A stretch of DNA of 15,478 nucleotides from Octopus sinensis (lineage: Eukaryota), in assembly GCF_006345805.1 (NCBI RefSeq), contig NW_021825418.1, forward strand, positions 1 through 15,478, given 5' to 3'. Below the pieces are notes generated by a model that saw only the letters and a list, made by a program, of their open reading frames with translations, did no database searches and had not been told where the DNA came from. Made by a program: the position numbers and the translations under genes. Shown piece after piece: positions 1 to 9,099 of this stretch (its first letter is position 1; each line of letters opens with the position of its first letter).

Positions 1-356
1 AGTATTGACGAGAGGCTGGTGTTAGGAAGAAGGGAGAAGGGAGTAACACAGAGGGACGGGACGACGGCATAGTGGACTGCTGACCATTGAAAAGGTTCTT
101 GGTGTTTTGTAAGATTGTGCAACTTAATGGATATGGACATTGTTGTGCTAACAAATAGCGTGTTTTTGCACGTGAACGTGTGTATGAGGTATACATATAT
201 TTTAGTTTTTAAAATACACAGACATATGTTTATAGGTAGATACCTGCGAATATAAATGATGCGTCCGTATACTTGCCGATGGCTTACGTTTTATCTATCT
301 ATCGATCGATTGAACGATCGATGTATCTTATCTTTTTTATTTATATAAGTGTCTTA

Positions 357-773
357 GGCGCAGGAGTGGCTTGTGGTAAGTCAGCTTGCTTACCAACCAC
401 ATAGTTGCGGGTTCAGATCACTGCGTGGCATCTTGGGCAAGTGTCTTCTGCTATAGCCCCGGGCCGACCAATGCCTTGTGAGTGGATTTGGTAGACGGAC
501 CTGAAAGAAGCCTGTCGTATATATGTATATATATGTGTGTGTGTGTGTTGTGTGTGTGTTGTCTCCCTAGCATTGCTTGACAACCGATGCTGGTGTGTTT
601 ACATCCCCGTCACTTAAACGGTTCGGAAAAGAGACCGATAGAATAAGTACTGGGCTACAAAGAATAAGTCCCGGGGTCGATTTGCTCGACTAAAGGCGGG
701 GCCCAGTCATGGCCCGCAGTCAAATGACTGAAACAGTAAAGAGTAAAAAGTAAAAGAGTAAAAAAAGAGAGTA
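357..773 (+). mobile_element. tRNA-derived SINE, family A, full-length copy 1
   Basis: Head GGCGCAGGAGTGGC with A-box-like and GGGTTCAG B-box-like motifs, internal (TA)/(TG) microsatellite, conserved 3' body and (AGAGTAA)-like tail. Colinear with copies at 5382-5793 and 8289-8695 but with more small indels. Confidence 0.88.
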
Positions 774-819
774 TGCATTTGTTCTGTATGTGTGTGGATG
801 CGGTTATGGTATATTTATG

Positions 820-825
<6 letters not shown>

Positions 826-851
<26 letters not shown>

Positions 852-881
852 CTATAATAATAATAATAATAATAATAATAA
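826..881 (+). repeat. (TAA)n microsatellite, 5' flank of the R4/Dong element
   Basis: Direct reading of the sequence. Confidence 0.97.
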
Positions 882-3800
882 ACGAATGATAAATATCATT
901 GTACGGCAATGATGATATAATTGTAACGGCAATGATGGCCGTCTCCCCACGAGCCGATCAAAGCTAAAAATGATAACATTATCGTAGCACCACAAATGTT
1001 TTTGGAAACTAAAGGAAACTAATCAGTATACCAAAATCGCTTGCCTATGGTTAATCTGGAAGCGCGTCCCCCAGGGAAGAGCCAGCCTTGGATCGAAAAA
1101 GTCATCAACTGGCACAAACTCTTCTCCGAATACGGACATGGATGGTCACTTGAACGGGAAATCCCCCCAACTCGAGCCCTCCAAGTTCACCACCACAACC
1201 ACCACAGAAAGAAAAATGTAAGCGGAACAAATGGACCCGAGAAAGTATAAAGAAAGTAATATACGCTTATTACTATGCATTAGGTAGGCCATCTCAAGAG
1301 AACACACCGCAAACTCTTACAGTATATGGAGAACACGGAATCAGACAGTAGGCCCTATTTGGACGAGAACAATTAGCAAATGTGAGGAGGGATATCTTTA
1401 GAAATAACAGACTCACAGACAGTGAATAAGTGCGATCAAGCACGCAACGGAAAATGACATAAATATAAGACACAAGGAAAATGAAGAATCAGATGAACAG
1501 TATAGCCCGCCACGAGGCTTAATTGAAAGACTGCCATCTGACCAAAGTACGCAAAGGCGAAGATACAAGAAATTCTATTGTACCTGTTAAAGATAGCCAG
1601 AAAACGAAAAAACAACAGTAACTGAAGATCTCGCATTTGCTGAAGAACACAGAGAGTCTATGGCAGAAATGAGGCAGAAAATCCTGAATACGCTTGAAGT
1701 TGTAAGACATACAAGTATGAATGATAGAGAACCGCTTCATAAACTCTCAAATACAAACCAAATAAAAACAAATCCAAATTGGCACTATGTAACAAATGAA
1801 ATAATACGAGAATTAAAACCTGATTTTACTGAGTTAAATGAAATTATTAGCTTATGCTTCTGCTAGCAATTGAAACCAGCTGTATGCCCCCGAAAAAACA
1901 AGAAACAAAACCTGGGAAGAAATCAACCTGGAGAAGTAAAATTGAAAAAGAGATTGAATTTATGAGAGGGAAATATCAATATATGAACTAATAGTGGAAA
2001 TGATGTAAGATCCAGAACAGGAAGAAAGATGAAGAAAATTTGGATCCTCACCAAGAGAAGAACTGATATCAATAAAAGAAACGCTGAAACAAAAAGTCCA
2101 GCAAAAGCCCAAAGAATACGAAGATTTGAGAAGAGAAACAAGTTTTACAAGCAAAATAAGCTGTTCACATCCAATGCCAAAAAATTCTACAGAGAAATAG
2201 GGAAGGAGAAAGTAACCGTTAAGACCCCCCTCCATGGAAGAAGTTCAAAACTTTTGGGAAAGGATTTGGAGTGACAAGAAGACGTACACATAAATGCAGA
2301 CTGGATATACAAACTGAAGGATCCTACCAAATTTACAACAACAAGCATGGGAAGACATCACAATAGCAGACCTAAGAAGGCACTCACGAAGGCCCATAAT
2401 TGGAAATCCCCCGGTAAGATAGGGTGCCGAATTTCTGGCTCGCATCGCTCCCGTGAGCACACGGTAAGCTAGTTCAGCTGCTCAATGGATTTTGAGAGAC
2501 CCAAAGAAAACACCTGAATGGTTAGCAAGTGGCATTACTTACCTACTCCCAAAGAATAACGAAACCAACCTTCCAAAAAACTATCGGCCTATAACCTGTC
2601 TATCCACCACGTATAAAATCCTAACATCTATCCTGGCGGAGAGAAACATATGCATTCATGGAGAAGAACGATATTTTCTCCATTGAACAAAAGGTGCCGC
2701 CGAGGCTCTTACGGATGCAAAGATCAACTGCTAATCAATCGTATGATCCTTGAGAACTGTCACAACAAGCGCAGAAATCTCAGCACCGCATGGATTGACT
2801 ATAAAAAGGCCTTCGACAGTATACCGCATCCATGGATCTTGAGATCGCTGGACATCTTTAAAATTTCCCCTGTGATTTCAAACTTCCTGAAGCACATATG
2901 TCGTTGTGGAATACGAATCTCCAATTATACACACTCTAATGGAGTACTTGCCTCAGAAAATATAAACATCAACTGTGGAAATTTTTCAAGGTGACTCACT
3001 TTCACCTTTAATATTCTGCATAGCCCTAATACCCCTTACAAGTGAATTAAACAGAACAGGGTATGGGTATAAATTGCCAATAAAAAAAATAAGCCATCTA
3101 TTTTATATGGATGACTTAAAACTTTATGGTAAAGACAATAATGAACTTGAAGGCCTATTGCGCACGTGAAGCATTCAGCGATGACATCGGGATGGAGTTT
3201 GGACTTGAGAAGTGTGCCAAGGCACTTTCCAGAAAGGAAAGTGAAGACCACAAATTCAGTCGTGTTAGATGTTGACACAGTCATAAGAGAGCTTGAGCAA
3301 GAACAGACATACAATATTTAGGGATAAATGAAGGCTCTGGTATTCAGCATGCAAGCATGAAAGAGAAATCAGGAAGGAATGTTAGGGAGAGTTCGTGCAG
3401 TCCTGAAATCTGAACTAAATGCACGTAACAAGGTGTTAGCTATAAATTCCTTAGCAGTTCCAGTTGTTACTTATAGCTACAATGTGTTGAACTGGAATAT
3501 GAGTGAAGTAAAGAATATAGATAGAAAAATACGCAAGCTGCTGAGTTGTAATAGATGCACCACCCAAAGGCAGACGTAGATCGCCTTTACCTTCCCAGAG
3601 CCCAAGGAGGTCGAGGCCTGATCCATTTGAACTAGCTTACAAAACAACCACAATTGGACTGGCCAAATATCTCGAAATATCGAATGACTGGATGCTAAAG
3701 CTCGAGGAAATCACGAGAGACGAAAGAAGCTTCATTCTATCATCAAGGAAAGCAAAAAATTTGCTATTGATCTCGTGCAGGATACCCAAACTGAACAACC

Positions 3801-4815
3801 CGAGGAAGTACGGCAACTATTGTTGCAAAGAAGGTGAAATGATGGCAATGAAAAAAGCGCACGAGCAATTGGCTGATAGGTGGGAGGAGAACCTCTGCAC
3901 GGCAAATATGTGACCCGCAGCAAACAAGCTGATGTTGACCAAGCAAAACCCATCAGTGGCTGCGGGCTCAGGGCTAAAAGCAGAGAGCGAAGGTTTCATC
4001 ATGGCTGCTCAAGACCAAAGCCTATTAACCCGGAACTACCAGGCCAATGGATGAAAAATGGAGCAGGACCCAAATGCCGATTCTGCAACGACATGATTGA
4101 AACAGTGGACCACCTAATCTCTGGATGTAAAGTCTTAGCACCAGTGGAGTATAAATTAAGACATGACGAGTTTGCCAATATCTCCACTGGCTAATAAGTC
4201 GGCATTGCAAATACAAAACTGCCGACAAGTGTATAATCACCACCCTGAGGCGGTAACTGAAGGAGAAAATGTAACCATTCTGTGGACTTTCCAGTACATA
4301 CAGACCGAACCATCAAGGGCCAATAAACCAGATATTGTTGTGAAAGACCAAAACAATAAAGTTTGCTTATTGATCGACATGAGCATCCCTGTGATCATAA
4401 TATCTCAGCGAAAGAGTTTGACAAGCTCAGAAAATATAAAGACCTACTCATTGAAATTGAGAAAATGTGGCATCTCAAGGCGGTTACAATACCAGTGATC
4501 GTAGGAGCACTAGGATGATCAAGAGGGAACCAAAATTATATGAGAATGATCCCTGTTTACCATCCCTGCAAGAAGTGCAAAAGATTGTCTTAACTGGTAC
4601 ATCACACGTATTGAGAAGAGCATTGTCGATGTGAGAACTGTTGCTGCTGCATGTATTTTAATTTACTTAAAAAAAAAAAAAAAAAATTAACGAACTACTG
4701 AGTTTGGTTTAATGGCCTACCAATATACACTATAGTTTTCTTTGCTTTGCCCTAGGAGTCGGGAAGACACTCGGCAAGAAATGGAAGAAAATTTGAAAGA
4801 AGAAAAAATAAAAGG

Positions 4816-4817
<2 letters not shown>
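882..4817 (+). mobile_element. R4/Dong-clade RLE-type non-LTR retrotransposon, near full length
   Basis: Single long frameshifted ORF with RT and C-terminal CCHC plus restriction-like endonuclease. About 180-nt 3' UTR with an internal A18 run (4669-4686). (TAA)n on both flanks. Confidence 0.92.
932..4634 (+). pseudogene. R4/Dong ORF (N-terminal Myb-like region, reverse transcriptase, CCHC finger, RLE endonuclease), frameshifted as assembled
   Basis: Stitched across frames: KWTRE..Y; KSPG; LLPK...PKNYRPITCLST.YK; WIDYKKAFDSIPH; FQGDSLSPL; YMDD at 3104-3115; C-x2-C-x8-H-x4-C at 4075-4128; RHD at 4159-4167; KPD with PD at 4328-4333; IDMS; stop TGA at 4632-4634 after ...HVLRRALSM. The start position is approximate. 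Confidence 0.9.
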
Positions 4818-4860
<43 letters not shown>

Positions 4861-5010
4861 AATGATAATATAATAATAATGATGATGAAGAGAAGAAGAA
4901 GAAGAAGAAGAGAAGAAGAGAAAGAAGAAAAGAAGAAAGAAGAAGAAGAAGAAGAAGAAGACGAAGAAGGAAAAGAAAAGAAGAAGAAGAAGAAGAGAAG
5001 AAAAGAAGAA
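4818..5010 (+). repeat. (TAA)n grading through (GAT)n into (GAA)n compound microsatellite, 3' flank of the R4/Dong element
   Basis: Direct reading of the sequence. Confidence 0.95.
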
Positions 5011-5140
5011 TCCTTTTTCACCTATTCAGGCTCATTAGAACGGTGGCCAGCATAATGGAATAGGAGTTTTATTTGCCTATTCAAAGCCTTGCCTACAAAC
5101 AAATTTAAAAGATATATGTATGTGTGTGCGTGTCTGTGTG

Positions 5141-5285
5141 TGCAGGTGTGGCTGTGTGGTAAGCAGTTTGCTTCACAATCACATGGTTCTGCGAGGCACC
5201 TTGAGCAAATGTCTTCTATATCCTGAAGCCGATCAAAGCTTTGTGGGGGGATTTGGCAGTTGGAAACTGAAAGAATCCCATTGTG
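5141..5285 (+). mobile_element. SINE family A, degenerate 5' fragment
   Basis: GCAGGTGTGGCTGTGTGGTAAG...GGAAACTGAAAGAA aligns to the family A head, with the B-box segment deleted. Confidence 0.7.
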
Positions 5286-5381
5286 CACGTACCCCCCCCC
5301 ACACACACACACACACATTAATTCATAGCATTTATGGTTAATTTTATATCCAAGTATAATTTTTTGTGATAGATATATATA

Positions 5382-5793
5382 GGCGCAGGAGTGGCTGTGT
5401 GGTAAGTAGCTTGCTAACCAACCACATGATTCAGGGTTCCGTCCCACTGCGTGGCATCTTGGGCAAGTGTCTTCTGCTATAGCCCCGGGCCGACCAATGC
5501 CTTGTGAGTGGATTTGGTAGACGGAAACTGAAAGAAGCCTGTCGTATATATGTATATATATGTGGGTTTGTGTGTGTATATGTTTATGTGTCTGTGTTTG
5601 TCCCCCTAGCATTGCTTGACAACCGATGCTGGTGTGTTTACGTCCCCGTCACCTAGCGGTTCGGCATAAGAGACCGATAGAATAAGTACTGGGCTTACAA
5701 AGAATAAGTCCCGGGGTCGATTTGCTCGACTAAAGGTGGTGCTCCAGCATGGCCGCAGTCAAATGACTGAAACAAATAAAAGAGTAAAGAGTA
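5382..5793 (+). mobile_element. tRNA-derived SINE, family A, full-length copy 2
   Basis: A-box-like TGGCTGTGTGG and B-box-like GGGTTCCGTCC. Highly similar to 8289-8695 along its whole length. Confidence 0.92.
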
Positions 5794-5866
5794 TACTTTC
5801 CATCTCATTGTGAAAATTAAACGAAGTGGTTATAGATTATACCTCAACGGCTTTTAACTCCCTGTG

Positions 5867-5898
5867 GACTAGTTTCAGTCGTATTAGGCCCTCGTCAG
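5867..5898 (-). ncRNA. Hammerhead-core-like motif, stem I unsupported
   Basis: Minus strand reads CTGACGA-gggcctaatacgact-GAAAC-TA-GTC. Canonical core, palindromic ACTAGT stem III, imperfect stem II, no clear stem I. Confidence 0.35.
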
Positions 5899-5934
5899 TG
5901 AAAGAATAACAGTGCTTCTACGTTGAGATTGTGG

Positions 5935-6048
5935 TTCAAATGTACAGAAAACAAAAGACGAAGACAAGTGAGGGTACAACACAGAGAACGCTTGGGAAGA
6001 ATGGAAAAGTCTTTGACGTTTCAAGCCTACGCTATTCGCCAGAAAAGA
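5935..6048 (-). mobile_element. Probable Penelope-like terminal-repeat fragment with a degenerate minimal type I hammerhead (6009-6048)
   Basis: Minus strand reads tctttt-CTGGCGA-at-agc-gtag-gct-t-GAAAC-GTC-aaagac. Stem I and stem II pair, the core has A6->G, and a pyrimidine-rich tail follows. The left boundary is approximate. Confidence 0.5.
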
Positions 6049-6342
6049 TTGAGAGGGGAAAAATGGAGAGGGAATGAAAAAGTGTGTGCACTACGCGCGT
6101 TGTGTAGAGTGATGAGTGTTCCGTGTATTTATGTGTGTATGTGGACGTGTATATGTGTGTAGGGGTGTAAGAGGCTCTGTATAATATCTGTATGTGAGGT
6201 TGTGTATAGTATGTGTGTGTGAGTGCAAACGCTTGTGTGTAGCAGTTAATGTGTGCTTGTAAGAGTAGCGTGTGTACATGTGTGTGTTTGTGCCTTTAAG
6301 TTTGTGTATGACCCTATAGTGTGCGTATGTATTGTGCGTGTT

Positions 6343-6640
6343 TCACATGATCGAACACACACTATTAGATAGCATTGTACATCGCTGGTCACAATGCGCT
6401 TTTGCTTCTGCATCGTTTTAGATTTTATATGACACCACCCTGCTGGCTAGATGAGAAGGCCAACACTGTCCCTGATCCGATGGCTAGTCCGTTACAGGGT
6501 TACCCGATTACAGCTGAATGAACTGGAGCAACGCGAAATAAAGTATTTTGCTCACAAACACAACGCACCCTCGTCCGAGAATCGAACCCGCAATCTAGCG
6601 ACCGTGAGTGCAACACCATAACCACTAGACCACGCGTCTT
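6343..6640 (-). mobile_element. tRNA-derived SINE, family B
   Basis: Minus strand has A box TGGTCTAGTGG (6622-6632) and B box GGTTCGATTCT (6578-6588), followed by about 230 nt of non-tRNA body. Confidence 0.75.
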
Positions 6641-6874
6641 CATATATGTATGTTTGTATATATATATATATATATAAATAGGTGAATGAATTATCCTATG
6701 TTTATCGTCAGCATGGAAAATTCGTTTAACCGAAACCTGGGTAGCAAATTCACGTCAGAAACACGGTTGAAGCGACCTGTCCAAGGGTAGAAACTCCGGG
6801 TTCATGTGCTGAAATTTGTGTGTTGTATATGAATAAATGAAAGAATGGAGTCGAACGAAGATGTTAACAAAATT

Positions 6875-6967
6875 CATTTACTCTCGACATATGTTTCGAA
6901 GACACCATGTTTTCATTCAAAAGGAATAAAGGGTGCATTATGCAATCTTCACACCAGGAAAGAAAGG
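6875..6967 (-). ncRNA. Type I hammerhead-like motif, left-arm copy
   Basis: Mirror of 7150-7242. Core reads CTGGTGT (A6->G), stem II GAAGAT/GTCTTC is intact, followed by GAAAC-ATAT-GTC. Confidence 0.45.
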
Positions 6968-7149
6968 GACCCTCTCTCGACAACAAGACAAACAAAAATT
7001 CCGATGACTGCCTACATGGTAAACAAAACGATATCGTTTTGTTTACCATGTGTATGTGGACGTGTGTATGGTAAACAAAACGATATCGTTTGGTTTACCA
7101 TGTAGGCAGTCATCGAAATTTTTGTTTGTCTTGTTGTCGAGAGAGGCTC

Positions 7150-7242
7150 CCTTTCTTTCCTGATGTGAAGATTGCATAATGCACCCTTTATTCCTTTGGA
7201 ATGAAAACATGTTGTCTTGGAAACATATGTCGAGAGTAAAGG
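7150..7242 (+). ncRNA. Type I hammerhead-like motif, right-arm copy
   Basis: Stem I CCTTTCTTTC (7150-7159) pairs with GAGAG-t-AAAGG (7232-7242). Core CTGATGT (7160-7166). Stem II GAAGAT/GTCTTG. GAAAC-ATAT-GTC at 7220-7231. Confidence 0.55.
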
Positions 7243-7384
7243 AATTTTGTTAAGATCTTCGTTCGACCCCATTCTTTCATTTATATATATATATATATAT
7301 ATATGTATAATTTTTTAAACAGACAACACTAATGGAGATTTCGTATTTTCTTATTGTCTTATTTCTTTTTTCTTATTTTTCCAG

Positions 7385-7960
7385 ATGACCGGTCGCTTGA
7401 CTGTTTAGGAACGAGCTAAGAAAGCAGCACGCTATGAAGTGTGGAATTCCATTGTTTTGTTTCAGAGATGGTGTCTTGAGACAATAAAAAGTTGTCATGC
7501 AAAGCTGATGACCACGGCCTCTGTGAACGATGCAAGTGTGGCCCTCCAACTACATCCCGATCAGCGGAGAACGTGGCAACAGTGCAGGAAATGTTTAATC
7601 GCAACCCGCAAAAATCAACACGTCAAGCAGCTCGTGAAAGTGGACTAACAAGACACATTATAGGTACGGTGTTGCATAAAGAATTTAATTTTCGTCCGTG
7701 GAAACCCCTTTACGTGCAGGACTGTGTCCTTAGAATGGAATATGGAGAGTTAATGCTAGGTTGGCGTGAAGAGCAGCCTGTGTGGTTACATAAAAGAGGA
7801 GCTGTACAAGACAAAACCTCGTACACTGAAGGACTTGGAGACACGGATTCAGGAGGTTGTCAATGATATCCCAGACAACGTCCTTCAGAAGGTTGTTCAT
7901 TCCATCCCTGGCCGTTTGAGGAAACTGGTTAATGCTATTGGTGCTCACGTTGAAATATGA
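7385..7960 (+). pseudogene. Tc1/mariner-superfamily transposase remnant with internal deletion
   Basis: N-terminal HTH region (...SRSAENVATVQEMFNRNPQKSTRQAARESGL...FRPWK) is joined near 7775 directly to the C-terminal LCGYIKEELYKTKPRTLKDLETRI...GAHVEI*. The catalytic core is absent. Confidence 0.82.
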
Positions 7961-8040
7961 AGATTTACTTTCATTTTCCCATGTAATACAGAACATGTAT
8001 CATTTGTAAAAGGAATATGGATTTTATTACCAATTTTTAA

Positions 8041-8068
8041 TGGCTACCTTACTTTTCACCCATCCTAT
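8041..8068 (-). mobile_element. Probable right TIR of the Tc1/mariner element plus TA target
   Basis: Reverse complement TA-TAGGATGGTGAAAAGTAAGGTAGCCA resembles TA-CAGGGTG... type termini. No left partner was found. Confidence 0.5.
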
Positions 8069-8116
8069 ATTTAACTGCAATCATGCTATATATAAATGAA
8101 TAAATAAAAAAAATAA

Positions 8117-8128
8117 ATATATATATAT

Positions 8129-8194
<66 letters not shown>

Positions 8195-8199
8195 ATATA
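8117..8199 (+). repeat. (TA)n microsatellite
   Basis: Direct reading of the sequence. Confidence 0.97.
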
Positions 8200-8225
8200 T
8201 TTATTTATTTATTCATTTATATTAT

Positions 8226-8288
8226 AGCATGATTGCAGAGTTAGTGACTGAACCAAGTAAAGGAAAAGATAAAAGAAAAGAGAATATA
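8226..8288 (+). mobile_element. Degenerate SINE 3' tail fragment
   Basis: AGCATGATTGCAG...TGACTGAACCAAGTAAA resembles the family A end AGCATGGCCGCAG...TGACTGAAACAAGTAAA. Confidence 0.45.
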
Positions 8289-8695
8289 GGCGCAGGAGTG
8301 GCTGTGCGGTAGGTAGCTTGCTAAACAAAACCAATGTTTCGGGTTCAGTCCCACTGCGTGGCATCTTGGGAAAGTGTCTTCTGCTATAGCCCCGGGCCGA
8401 CCAATGCCTTGTGAGTGGATTTGGTAGACGGAAACTGAAAGAAGCCTGTCGTATATATGTATATATATATATGTGTGTGTGTGTGTTTGTGTGTGTTTGT
8501 CCCCCTAGCATTGCTTGACAACTGATGCTGGTGTGTTTACGTCCCTGTCACTTAGCGGTTCGGCAAAAAGAGACCGATAGAATAAGTACTGGGCTTACAA
8601 AGAATAAGTCCCGGGGTCGAGTTGCTCGACTAAAGGCGGTGCTCCAGCATGGCCGCAGTCAACTGACTGAAACAAGTAAAAGAGTAAAGAGAGTA
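8289..8695 (+). mobile_element. tRNA-derived SINE, family A, full-length copy 3
   Basis: A-box-like TGGCTGTGCGG and B-box-like GGGTTCAGTCC. Colinear with the other copies. Confidence 0.92.
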
Positions 8696-9099
8696 CACAT
8701 ACACACACATGCATACATATTAGGACTCATTGATACAAGTTAAACGAATGTAATTAACCCTCATGCACTGACAACGCAGATTGATGAATTTATTCATAAA
8801 TTCAAAACTAATCTCTCAGTGATTAAAAGAATATAATGAGGTAAAGGGCTGACGTGTGCGAGATTTAACTGCTACTTTTAGCCGATCAAGGAGGACATAT
8901 ATACAACGAATGAGCAATTTCATTTACAAGAAATAGTTGTTAAATTTCTTTCAATTTCCATACTACATTTTAGGAAAGGTAAGACGCGTTGTCTAATGTA
9001 TTCTTATATAGGCTGTCCGAAAATATAATCATAGAGGCTAGTTAGTCAAGGCTGAAAGCTTTTGAACATGAATTTCCTGGAGAAGGGTTAACATTGGTT

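Larger units (their letters stand above)
6833..7284. repeat. 452-bp foldback (inverted repeat) with two internal palindromes
   Basis: 6833-7049 versus the reverse complement of 7068-7284: 217 nt, 10 substitutions by manual count, no indels. Palindromes at 7014-7051 (38 nt, perfect) and 7068-7101 (34 nt, 1 mismatch). Confidence 0.97.

Noticed and set aside
920-975. HDV-like ribozyme at the R4 5' end
   Set aside because: CTCCCCAC resembles an L3 loop, but I could not build consistent P1, P1.1 and P2 pairings.
4752-5021. Poly-S/L/F ORF, and the similar ORF at 655-909
   Set aside because: They are translations of the (GAA)n and (TAA)n arrays.
6676-6711. Minus-strand CTGACGA followed by an ATAGG/CCTAT hairpin
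   Set aside because: No GAAAC or cleavage triplet follows; it runs into (TA)n.
6845-7272. Two near-identical 86-aa ORFs on opposite strands
   Set aside because: A consequence of the inverted repeat; no recognisable protein motif.
6640-7320. Left TIR of the mariner element
   Set aside because: No reverse-complement match to 8041-8066 was found.
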